DNA of 63,323 nt, filler included, from Rhabdomonas costata (taxonomy: Eukaryota), in the NCBI GenBank assembly GCA_019059605.1. It is 41 parts of 41 records of this genome, joined end to end, with 100 filler letters (N's around TTAATTAATTAA, not from the genome) between each part and the next. Parts side by side here need not be neighbours in the genome. Positions count along the whole stretch, not along the records: positions 9,290 to 10,736 come from JAHMHO010015709.1; positions 10,837 to 12,283 come from JAHMHO010015710.1; positions 12,384 to 13,829 come from JAHMHO010015711.1; positions 13,930 to 15,376 come from JAHMHO010015712.1; positions 15,477 to 16,923 come from JAHMHO010015713.1; positions 17,024 to 18,468 come from JAHMHO010015714.1; positions 18,569 to 20,015 come from JAHMHO010015715.1; positions 20,116 to 21,562 come from JAHMHO010015716.1; 33 more parts are not named here. The stretch is one strand, 5' to 3'. Positions 9,959-21,000 of the stretch are shown piece by piece. A model generated the notes under the pieces. The model saw only the letters and a program-made list of their open reading frames with translations, searched no databases and had not been told where the DNA came from. The position numbers were made by a program, and so were the translations under genes. Numbering within the stretch: position 1 is the stretch's first letter; each line of letters opens with the position of its first letter.

Positions 9959-10379
9959 CTGACAGGGGCTCTGTCAAAAGCTCTGCGAAGAGGACAGCTG
10001 CACGAACGAGGGGGCGATCAATATCACCCCTTCATGGGGAGAAAAAGTGAAATGCACACAACTTGCAGGGTAAAAAACACGCGAGAACTCTGAAAAGCAT
10101 ACAGCGAGGAACAATCAAAAATAGAAACCTCAGAAAATGTGTTCAGCCAACATCGGCAACCAGAGCTAACTTCCTTGTTGAATGTCTGTATTGGCCTTTA
10201 CTTCATGATACACACACTCTGTGTATGGCACACGCCATAAAAAAATCGGGAAATGCTGCGTCTCATTACACGACTGAAGATCTGCTCGTCCCACACAGAA
10301 TGAAGCCGAAAGCGTAAAGAGAAACCGAAGGGATGGGGCTGATATGCGCCTTAAGTCCAGCTCCATGAAAACATGCAGC

Positions 10380-10712
10380 TCAGTGAACACTTTGGTGGTC
10401 CACATCCAGGATCAGGGAAGAGGTCGCATGGCTAAGAGCTGATAAATTCTGAAGCCCATCTGGGGAGATTGAGTTTCTCCCCAAAGCCAGCCGCAGCAAT
10501 GACAGGCGCGCTGGACCATCAGGGCCAGGCCGCCCCAGCCACAGCAGATGCGGGATTCCTGCAGCTGTGATCTTGTTGCCGGAGAGCACCAGCTCCAGCC
10601 GGCAGAGGCGAGACAACCTGTGACGAAGCAAACCAACACCATCCAGTCCTTCATCCGTGATGCCGTTGCTGGACAGATACAGCGATAGCGCGGACACGTT
10701 CGGAAACACCCC
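10380..10712 (-). CDS. Leucine-rich repeat protein, probable terminal exon
   Basis: Three LxLxxNxI repeats (LYLSSNGIT, LVLSGNKIT, LALGRNSIS) after a GCAG acceptor. Confidence 0.75.
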   Translation of the reverse strand, partial: GVFPNVSALSLYLSSNGITDEGLDGVGLLRHRLSRLCRLELVLSGNKITAAGIPHLLWLGRPGPDGPARLSLLRLALGRNSISPDGLQNLSALSHATSSLILDVDHQSVH

Positions 10713-10950
10713 TGCGCAGAATTGCTCCCAAACCCCNNNNNNNNNNNNNNNNNNNNNNNNNNNNNNNNNNNNNNNNNNNNTTAATTAATTAANNNNNNNN
10801 NNNNNNNNNNNNNNNNNNNNNNNNNNNNNNNNNNNNTTTTTTCCTCTACTGTTCATTGGAGTGTTCATTGGAGCGTTTATTGGACGGCGGATTCATATGT
10901 TTCTTCCTTCCACCAGGGTGCTGGTATATTTCTTCATTCTTTCGCTGCAG

Positions 10951-11047
10951 GTCATCCCTCTGTGTCCACGGAAACGCTGTGTGTGTTTGTCGCACTCTCC
11001 GAGAGCAAGTTCCACGAGCTGCTCCAACTGGATCTGGACACAGCTGC
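10951..11047 (+). CDS. Exon possibly encoding the end of a cyclic-nucleotide-binding domain
   Basis: CTGCAG|...|GTGTG bounded exon reading HPSVSTETLCVFVALSESKFHELLQLDLDTAA. Confidence 0.3.
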
Positions 11048-12644
11048 GGTGTGTGAACAGAGATTTTGAGGCAAGCCAGAACTGTTGTGAGCGTTGTGAA
11101 TTCGGCACTGCTTCAGAACAACACCGTTGTCACGGATAGTATACTTTAAGTGCTCCCACCCATGCTTAATAGGAGTCTATATCCACCCAAACCCAAAACG
11201 CTTCCCTCTCCCGTGCACTTCATCACCGCGTGCTCTTCTCTTTTCCCGATGCCTCTTTACTCTTGTGGTTTGGCGCCACTGTTGCTATCGTAACCAGTCA
11301 ACAGTTGTTGTAGTCCAAAACAAGAACCTCCTCCGTACAACCCCCGCTACGGCCTCAGCCGTGGACCCGGTTTTTGGCACCTTTTCTCTCAGAGTACGCA
11401 CGCTCTAGTATGCAAAGTTCCTTACTTGCCTTTCTTCCCCTCTGCATCCCACCCGTTTGTCCCTCCTTTTCGCGGCGTTACTGCCCGAATTTCTGTATTG
11501 CCTAACAGGATCCTGACGGTCGACTGCGTCAGCTGAGGCATGCCGCGGCTGTACTTACCCACGCACTGCAACGCGCCGCGCTTCGAGAGATGCTTCCTAA
11601 ACGTGGTGGGGAGAGTGGCAATGCCTGCCGGGGGACTACCAAGCGACCTCGCTCCGCTTCTTCCTTCATGAAGCCGCGAGCGATTGAGTTATAAAAGTTC
11701 TGCGCCGTCGCGACGCCGCCCTGTCGTGCGGCCCTGTATTATAGTCGGAGCCCCAAGCCCCGTGAAAGGTCGTCTTGGTTTCCTTCACCACCACTACGGA
11801 GCATTATACGCGCTCTAGTATGACGGTGGTTTTCCGCCTTGACCTCTGCTTTTCATCTGGAAGTTGCTCGACCGGTGTAAGCACTGCCGTGCTGTCTCCT
11901 TGCCGGTCAAAAAGGCGGTGAGAAAATGCAGGACTGCTGCAAAACTTTCGTGCAATTCTGCTTCTGTGGTATTGGTACTGGGTGTTGGCCACCTCCTGGC
12001 CACCTCCTCCCTTTCGGGACAGACTTGCCCAGCCCTGAAACATGTTCTTTTTCTGTTCAGAACTGCGACTACAGGTATTTGGTGGAAGCGGCCAGCCACA
12101 ATTTATCAAGGAGGATTCCGGAGCTTGTAACGGGGAAGAAAGGCAGGACTCGAAAAAACTGGGCAGGATGTCGGCCGCAAGAGGGGGAGAGAGAGGAAAA
12201 AGGAAGCAATGTCGTATCTTGTTGGGTTTCGCGCGGGGTGGTCAGACCCCGCTAAAGCCCACAAGAAAAGGAAACCGGTGACANNNNNNNNNNNNNNNNN
12301 NNNNNNNNNNNNNNNNNNNNNNNNNNNTTAATTAATTAANNNNNNNNNNNNNNNNNNNNNNNNNNNNNNNNNNNNNNNNNNNNGGTGGTGGGGGGAGGGT
12401 CAGTATTTAAGATCCCTCTGAGAACTCTCTTGCGCGTGTATTTTTGCAAGAGAGAGACCCTACCAAAGAAGAGAGTATCAAGATTCGGGTCCTCATTACA
12501 AATGGAACTTAGGAGCCATGACACTCATTCGAGTGCGTGCGTGCACCCGCGCACATCCTGCACGTGCAGTCGCCACATGCTGAGGCATATGCTGCTTGGC
12601 GTGGCGATATCCCTTCCTTTTTGGATGGTTTTGCAATGGCGTAG

Positions 12645-13434
12645 GTCTACCACCCGGCCTATCTTATTGCTGTGGATCACCAGTGGCGCAGCGTGGTGGT
12701 GGCGTTTCGGGGGACGTGCTCTCTGGCGGACGCCATGACCGACGCCAACGTGACGGTATATAACCTTCGGGGGACCGGAATGGGATGGGTGGGGTGCTGC
12801 CCAGGCGATGTGCGTACCGGAAGCGGCCGAAAGCAGGTGCGAGAGACACCAAGAAGCCACGATCCGGACATGCATTCCCGTAATCCATTGATAATATCCT
12901 TCCTGATTGCCTTTCGCAAGTTTTGATTACCAAGGCTCCACTACTAACTATCATGGTACTCCACATCCCCTGCGCGGTAGTGGTGAACAACACAAACCAC
13001 AAACCATTCCGTGGTCGAAACCTGTGCAGATGTGAAATCTTTGTATGCGGCAGCTGGAGTATGCTGCTTGCCAAATGGTGTTCCCTTTGGTGATTACTGA
13101 TGATAGGCATGAGTGGCATTGCCCCACTCCCAGTATCATTGCACTCCGCATCCCTATCGTCCTCGCACAGCTTGCGGCCCTGCAGGTTGAGGGGGTAGGG
13201 GAGGTGTGGCTTCCCGACGGCTTCCTGCGGGCCTCCCGCAGTGTAAAGGCCGAACTGGATAGCCAGGGGCGGCTCTCCACCGCGCTGCACGCACATCCCG
13301 ACTACGGGGTAGTGTTCCTGGGGCACTCGCTTGGCGCCGCAGTGGCCGTGGTGGCCAGCCTGCTGTACCAGCCCGAGCTGGGGAAGTCCCGAGTGAGCTG
13401 CTACGCCTACGCCCCGCCGCAGATGTTCACAAAG
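12645..13434 (+). CDS. Class 3 lipase / diacylglycerol-lipase-like fragment (exons 12645-12755 and 13171-13434)
   Basis: PAYLIAVDH...VVVAFRGTCSLADAMTD, nucleophile motif GHSLGAAVA and CYAYAPP; GT-AG phase-0 junctions. Confidence 0.92.
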
Positions 13435-16400
13435 GTCGCCAGGACCCACTTTTTCTCTGCTTCCTGGCACTATGCAGGGCGAGGCAGCGAGGCAGTGCGG
13501 TGAAAAAAGCCTGAAACCTGTAGCACTTTCAGAACCGCGAAAATAGGTGGCAAGCGATGGGCGAGGGGGAGCATCGCCGCGCTCGAGCCTCGAGCTTGCC
13601 CAAAGAAACGAAAAGAAATGAAAAAAGAGTTTGCGCTGATCCCAAGCGAACTGAACACAACACACAACTCAGGAGGGGATGAGTCCTTCGACGCTGGAAG
13701 GGAACCCATTCTGTAACCTCGCTACCGCTTTCCCTTGTAATCGGGTCCCTTTCAGATTGCCCTTTCCCCATTCATCACCAAGTGTATATGTGGAAGGGCA
13801 CGCATGCGCGCGCACGCACACACCACACANNNNNNNNNNNNNNNNNNNNNNNNNNNNNNNNNNNNNNNNNNNNTTAATTAATTAANNNNNNNNNNNNNNN
13901 NNNNNNNNNNNNNNNNNNNNNNNNNNNNNGTGGTGGGGGGTTCGTGGGGTGAGTGTGCGGTTCTGGCTCCGCAGCAAGTGGCCCAGAAGTTCCTCAGGAA
14001 TCATCTCTTGCAGCAACGCCCCTCCGTGATGGTGTGCTTGTGTGCGTTTCCTTTTTGTTCACGTGTGGGTCCATGACCCAATGACCCAGAGTACGGGGTG
14101 GATTTCCTCCTCTTGCGTGAAATCCAGGTGAAGTGAAGGGCATTCCTCGCTTTCATGGCTTTTAGTTTTTCCTGGTGCCGGCACGCACAAAAAACCGGAG
14201 TGGAGTATTTTTTTTGCATCACTCCCTTCCCTGCCTCATAGCGGCGTCACCCCACACCCCAGCCAGAATGCCGTTTCTTGGCACTGCAGCAGATTCCGTG
14301 ATAGCGTTAAATTTCCGCATTCGTCCAAGCGGTTTATGAATGTGCTTGAGCTATACTGTTGTGCGCACTAGTTGTGCGAAGTTTTTTCTGGTCGGGGCGA
14401 GAGGGGCATTAGTTTCTTTGGTAGTTCATGGACTGGAAGGTTGGGTCGGGTACCGTGCATTAGGACCGCGAGGCGGGAGCTTCGCCTTGCACGACGGCGT
14501 CGTCGCCAGCAACTGATGAATCCACTTTGTCCTCGCTGCCGCCAATCCCATCCAAGTGTGTGTGGTGGGATTTTTATATGGTTTTTGGTCTGCCATATTT
14601 CGATGTGTGTGTGTGGTGGAGGAAGCTTACATTCGCAGCTTTGTTGGGGTGGTGATTAGAATATCTGTTTTCAGCGAAACCGTGCATATCAGAGCGCCCA
14701 AATTTTGATGCGGGTCCGCGGGCCATCATTGCGCTAAGAGGGGCAGCTTCGCAGCCAAATCAACGGGCCGGCGGGCAGATACCACGCAAGCAGAATCGAA
14801 GACGTTCGAAATGGTTTGTAGAATTGGGTGGTGGACAAGGGTGTGGGCTGGGGGGCAGGTCTCAGCAGCAGCCGGTCTCGGATGAATCGCCAGGGCTGGA
14901 ATGCAGTGCCACGGTATCCCCAATGCTGCTTCCCGAGAAGGGCTTCTCCTTGCCCCGGCCGGCCAAGGCGGAGCCTTCTGCAGAAGTTCGCATGCCCGTC
15001 CACACCCTCGCCCTTCCCTAACCCACAGACCCGCGCGGCATGGAGTGCACTAATTCTTCACAGCCCTTCTTGCTTCAGTGCCACACCAGATTCCGTGTAT
15101 ATCCTTCCTTGCTTCACTCGGGCGCGGGCCGCAGTCTTCCAGTACGTCTTCATTTTGCTCACCGTTTGTCATATTCTTTCATACTTCCCACCCGTGAGCG
15201 GTCCCCTCGCATCCTTCAGCACCACGGGAGGCCTTCTCCTTCGGGATTCGACTTCCTGAAGGATCTTTTTCAAACCTCCCCCCCCCCGCACGTGAGCAAA
15301 AATATGAACACACAGGATTGTCCACAAAAACTTTCTCCCTGCCTTACCCAATTCCAACACGTTACTGTGCAAATTTNNNNNNNNNNNNNNNNNNNNNNNN
15401 NNNNNNNNNNNNNNNNNNNNTTAATTAATTAANNNNNNNNNNNNNNNNNNNNNNNNNNNNNNNNNNNNNNNNNNNNGGTGGGGGTGGGGTTAATATTCAT
15501 CAGCGTAACAGTGTCAAATGTTAAAAGATGCCCCCCTCCCCCGCTCGGGAAGTATCTTCACCAAAACGTTTGGTGATGTTAAACTTGCAATTGTTCCATT
15601 GCAGATATTCTTTATGTCTAACCAGATAGGGTTTTAATGGTTTGAATTGATTGGATTTCGTGTTGTTTGTCTGCCTTTCTGAGGAATCTCCTGAGCATAA
15701 TTGGACAAAAGCAGAAGTTGACGATGTCAACCAGAGAACCAAAATACAATAGCGTCTCATTGTCAGGCGCCAGAAGAGCGCGGTTTAAAGCAGATGTCTC
15801 CCTCCCCGCAGCGCCCCTTGGGGTAAATGAAAAGAGTGACCAAGCCGGAAAGGACATCGTTTTGTTCGGGACTCAAATCGGACCAAATAACAGAGAAGTC
15901 AGCGAGAATCGTCACAGACCCAGCAACCTTTTGAAAAGATATAGGCGAAGATAGTCTGCTTTCAAGCAAACGCAAACATACACTCACACGAGGGAGGAAA
16001 TACGATAGGGAAGGCACAAAAGACGCTGAAAAGGGACAAAACCCCATCTCAGGCAACAACCGAAAGGGAAGAAATACATGTACAGTAATACGATAGCACG
16101 TATGACACGCACGCCGAAGCTCGCCAAGAGAGCAGTTAGGTTGCATTGCATATGTGTGTGTGTGCATGAGTGCGCGCAGCAAAAGCAGAACAAGGGCACG
16201 CCACAGCACACCGGGCCATGGGGGCTTGTGAGTGTGAGTGCGCGCGCCACATTCCAGACAACAGTCCGATGTGCGTGTGTGGACGTGTCCGTTCGCTTGC
16301 GGGCGTGGGAGTGTCCCTGCGCAACGCAGCACCGTTTATGCTCAACGCTCCGGGCAGGCCATACCGTGGTGGGTGGATAGTGGTGACCTAAAGTTCCCCC

Positions 16401-16516
16401 CCTCACAAGACTCCAAAAGCAAGCGCTTCAGAAAATAATTAGAATTCCGGGACATCCGTTCACAGTTCACCCTCAGATAGGACACGGTCCAGTGGGACAC
16501 GGTCCGACACACGCAC

Positions 16517-16668
16517 CAAGCACTATCATGCTTGCATCCCAGGAAGGCTGGAAACGAAGACAAGCTCGGGTCAGTCGGTTCACCTGCACCACGCGGTCTG
16601 GCCATTCCGTGGACACAAGTGTCACTTCCAACACCTGGTTGGAGGCCATTGTTGCATTTCGCTGGGCC
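16517..16668 (-). CDS. Isolated exon, hypothetical protein
   Basis: CTCCAG acceptor and GTGCGT donor flank an open stretch. Confidence 0.3.
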
Positions 16669-17311
16669 CTGGAGCAAATGAAACAAAAACTCAGTTCTCG
16701 TCGCAGGACCAACGACGAAGGTCAATTCAGTTAGCGGAGCCAAAAGCTACACGGAAAACGGCAAGCAGAGCATTACCGGATGATCCAGTCCTGGTTCGTT
16801 CCCAGGCGGTTGTTTCCACAGCTGGAAAAAAAGGAGAGAGTAGAAAAGAACAATTCCAAAACCAAAGCAGAGTAGCAACAAAAAGCATCCCATCACGATC
16901 GGGCAGAGTATCGCCACCAACAANNNNNNNNNNNNNNNNNNNNNNNNNNNNNNNNNNNNNNNNNNNNTTAATTAATTAANNNNNNNNNNNNNNNNNNNNN
17001 NNNNNNNNNNNNNNNNNNNNNNNTCCCATAACTAACTGCCTTTTAGGTTCCCCGTCAAGAAAACTGTCCGGGTTCATCACATAACATGTCCCCAGACAGC
17101 ATTTCTATAGGCTGAAAAGACTTAATGGAAAACGGTCACATACCATTTTCTGAGTTTCCGGGTGTATCTCACCTTAATTTGAAAGCTCGAAACATCAAGC
17201 GCTTTGCTAAAAACGCTTGAGAAAACTCGGGAAGGACAGGGGAAGCCCAAAAACGTTGCAGATGGGGGTGGTTTTACACTTTACAGAGTAGTTCACACAG
17301 TCCAGGAAATG

Positions 17312-18380
17312 CTACTGCTCCGCATGTAACTGGGGAGCTTGCTCCCCGGCGTTCTCCACCGCACTGCCCTCTGTTGCAGAGAACTCAGCTGCGGTTTCCA
17401 CGGGTTCTGCTTGTGGCTGCTCACCGTAAGCGTCCGCGGGAGGCTCGGGTGCGACCTCGGCTGTAAAGTCAACAGCGGTCAAGGTCTCCCACTCGGGACC
17501 TCCTCCGGCCAGGATGCGGGAGATCTCCTCCAGTTTTTCCGTCTTGCGGCGTTGGTTCTCTTGAATAAGCATCACCATGTACTCCGCCAGCTCCACCTTG
17601 TAGTCCTCGTACATCTTCTTTTGGAGCTTGGACGCGATGAACTCTGCCTCAGCAGCGTCAAACCACTTCTGTGCTTCCAAAAGCTCAGCCGCCTGGAAGG
17701 AGGAAGAACAAAAGGGAATGAGGGTGGGCACGTAGCCGTAAACTAGCCGCAAAACAGCAGTGGACTGTTCAAATCTAGTTAAGCCCAAGACCAACAAAGA
17801 CCAGCTGGTGGGCTGAACAACTGGGGACGTTGGATAAACGGCCAAACATCCTGTCATAACAGAGTTTACCCTTTTCAGAGCAAAAGGATTGCAAAGGATG
17901 TCAAAGAAGAGAAGCCCGAGGATATTTATGGCTGGACGGAATGATGGATACCCCATGACACAAAGGCAAACCGCAACATCAATTTTCTCGCGAATGGTTG
18001 CGACGTCAGCGGCGATGACGTTGTCCACCCGTGCCAACTCTTGTCGAACCTCCTGCAGTGTGTTAGTCTCTTGCATTGCCTTCCGGTACCTCTCGTTCAA
18101 TTCCTGCGGAAAAAAAAAGGACAACAGAAAAATCATCCGACAGGGAGAAGGAGGTTGTCGGATCCGGGAAAAGCACATACGTTGGTCACTTGTTGGCGAA
18201 CTTTCTGGATTTCTGCCTCAAGCTCGCTGTTATGCTGATCCAGCTGCTTCGACGTGACTGTATTCGGCTCGGACTGCACTTTCTCCATAAAAGCTGCGCT
18301 CTTCTGCAGAACAACGTCGGTGGGGTTTGCTGCCGGTGGCTCGGCCTTGATCTCCGCCACCCGCGGTCGAGGAGGGGGCA
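17312..18380 (-). CDS. GORAB: RAB6-interacting golgin (GORAB-like), 3' exons 18380-18181, 18103-17972, 17692-17312
   Basis: Spliced product DVATIREKIDVAAAELLEAQKWFDAAEAEFIASKL...LAEYMVMLIQENQRRKTEKLEEI follows the GORAB coiled-coil pattern; all junctions are GT-AG and in phase. Confidence 0.82.
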
Positions 18381-18798
18381 CTGAGAAACGCAAGGCAGAA
18401 GGCTATTGTCTCCAACAGGTCCATTTCCTTCCCGATGCACGGTGCCCCTAGGATGACCACCACCAACANNNNNNNNNNNNNNNNNNNNNNNNNNNNNNNN
18501 NNNNNNNNNNNNTTAATTAATTAANNNNNNNNNNNNNNNNNNNNNNNNNNNNNNNNNNNNNNNNNNNNGGGTTGTGGGCGCGGACGCCCCGAGCAGTGAG
18601 CACATTTGAATAGGCGTTCATCGTCAAATAAAATTCACGGACGGCGGACGTCCGCGCCCACGACAAACCTTCAGCAAAGCAACTCCACGGATCTGAACTT
18701 CAAAAAAAGGGGGGGGGGGCGCAAGAGTTATTCGGTGAAGTGAAGTGGGGTGGCAAGAAGACAGTAGGAAGCATCAGATCAAACCATCGATCGCATAC

Positions 18799-19895
18799 CT
18801 TTGGAATGTGCACACAGTAGCGAAGGATGGCATAAGTAACTCCGGTGAGCACCATGAAGGCCAAAGGAACCACCGCCAGCTGCGCCAGCCTGTGGTGCCA
18901 TCGTCGGCTGCACAGTTCAGTGACGGTCAGTAAAGGAATAGCGCTTGCCTATGGAGCAACTCGGCTCTTGTGAAGATGACGGTGTCTGAGTGAGTGAGTG
19001 AGTGAGGGGAACCCTGGTTCCACTAGTTCGCCTTTTTGATAAAGCGGTGAATGATCCTACGGTGGTTGACGGGAAGGTTTGGACGGGACAACCGGGCAAT
19101 GCGTCCGTCCTTGTGATCGCAGCAGGTGATTCGCAAGAGGTGAGGTGGCAATGCGAGTGTTCAGGGTCAGAGGGCGGATCACCAAGAACCCAAGTACACT
19201 GTGTATTTAACGCCGTTCTTTGGCTTAAAGCAGCACGACTTAGTTCTCCCCACCCAACTACTTTACAGGACCCGTGCAACTCTGGGGAAAGACCCTGCGT
19301 ACCACTGCAAATGCTCTCTCCCACCGCTTCCTAACTGACAAACCGGCAGAAAACGGGCACGACGAGCCCTAGCCAAGTTCTTTGTACCAATTTAGATTCA
19401 ACGACAGCAGGTTCTCGGATTTGCCAAGGTATCCCCTTACACTGGTCTACAAGGCCAGTGTGGAGTGTGGGTTGAAAGGACGTTGCGTGACCATGTGCCC
19501 ATCATTACCACAACATGGGGGCGCCCTTCTCCAGGTGAGGAAGGCAGATATCGACACGCATACCTGACCTTTGTCACCCTACGGTTGCCACTTAGGGGAT
19601 AGGCCCAGAGCATAACCCCTCCCGTGGTGAGCTGAGCAAGCATCCCCACAGCCAGTGTCATAGGCCAGAGCCACCGGGCGGCTGCAAGAGTGGCGTCGCT
19701 CCATCCCCCGCCCCCTGCGGAGTGGAGCAGCAGCAGCCTGCGCGCAGCCGCAGAGCTGGAGGGAAGCCCAAAAATGTCCACCTCAGCAGCGTAGAGAAAC
19801 CCCGTGGCTGCAGTGAAGGCTAGCAAAAAGCCCCACCATAGCAGCATACGATGAAGCTGCCGGCTGGTCCGGGATAGCCAAGGGGGCACCGCCAT
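18799..19895 (-). CDS. Membrane protein with tandem PepSY-associated TM modules (exons 19895-19564 and 18907-18799)
   Basis: RQLHR...LAFTAATGFLY...LLLLHS...LTTGGVMLW, then a second module RRWHHRLAQLAVVPLAFMVLTGVTY; phase-2 junction AG|C is consistent. Confidence 0.7.
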
Positions 19896-20184
19896 TCTGG
19901 CAGGACTTGGATTGCACACGTACGTGTATGCGTGAAAAGAAGAAAACACGATGAACAATTTTATCCAACGGGTGAGCCTAACTAGGGCAGCACCAAAACA
20001 CACCAAAGGGTAATCNNNNNNNNNNNNNNNNNNNNNNNNNNNNNNNNNNNNNNNNNNNNTTAATTAATTAANNNNNNNNNNNNNNNNNNNNNNNNNNNNN
20101 NNNNNNNNNNNNNNNGGTGGTGTGGAGGTAAGATCAACAGTGAGGGAAGGGAGACAGTTGTGTTAAGGCCGTCCCGGAAAGACG

Positions 20185-20550
20185 TTTCGTTGCCCTGGAT
20201 GAGTGCCTGATGGACCACTTCGGGGATGAGGTTCTGGACATGGAAAACGCATTCGTTTGCCCCAGATGTCAACGGAAAGTGCGCGCAACGAAAAGGCTAA
20301 GGTGGCAAAGCTCCCGCAGGTGCTTGTTATGGGACCCAAACGAGTTCGGTTTAATGTGACCGCCAGGGAATTACGCACAATGGTGCAGTCTCCTTGGCAT
20401 CTGACTTGACAGCTGTGTCGCTGGAACCCAACAATACGGCCATGTATGAATTGGTGGCCGTAGTCAATCAACTGGGGGTGGGAAGACGGATTGCACTACA
20501 CAGTGAACATTCGGGGAATGGGACTGAACTGTACCATGAATACCAAATCG
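20185..20550 (+). pseudogene. Intronless, frameshifted ubiquitin-specific protease (peptidase C19) fragment
   Basis: LDECLMDHFGDEVLDMENAFVCPRCQRKVRATKRL/VAKLPQVLVMGPKRVRF...SPWH/DL...YELVAVVNQLG/LHYT; three frameshifts are needed. Confidence 0.8.
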
Positions 20551-20699
20551 ACCCGTTCCCTTACTTGGCCCTGCGAGCGCGGGCGTGTATTCTGCATCTT
20601 GATGCTGTGGCACTGTGTTGCTTTTCTTGAATTAGTTTGGTATTACTATGTTTTTTGTGTGCGAAGGTTTTTCTTCAATGCGATGATGCAGTGAAGGAT

Positions 20700-21000
20700 T
20701 TGGAGCTATACCGTTTTTGTTGAGGTGTCGCCTAGGCCGGGTCTTGTGGTAGAGCCTCCACATATTGGTGCCGCCGGTGCTGTTCGGCTTCGGACAAAGC
20801 TTCGCACATAGCCAGGCATTGAAAGCATTGTTAAGGTGGTAATTAGCAGTCTGCAGATTTTCAATGACCATTGCAAATCAACAAAACCCTCATCTTCCCA
20901 TCTCGTGTTTTGGGCACGGGTACTCTGCATCACGTGACTCACTGCAGACTGCAAGAGTATTATATTAGAAATCCATTACGGTAACGGAGCATCGCCATCT
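20700..21000 (-). mobile_element. Highly decayed LTR-retrotransposon (Gypsy-like) reverse transcriptase remnant
   Basis: Across frameshifts: VPKTRDGKMR/FVDLQ, FNAWLCAKL and YHKTR...NKNG, echoing VPKxDGxxRxxVD, GAKxFSKxD and GYHQIR...KTAF. Confidence 0.45.

Noticed and set aside
11401-11822. 12-bp direct repeat CGCTCTAGTATG as a possible target-site duplication
   Set aside because: A few 12-mer repeats are expected by chance across 41 contigs, and no element features lie between the copies.
12664-13665. 333-aa minus-strand ORF
   Set aside because: Antisense to the lipase exons and crosses their intron; no motif.
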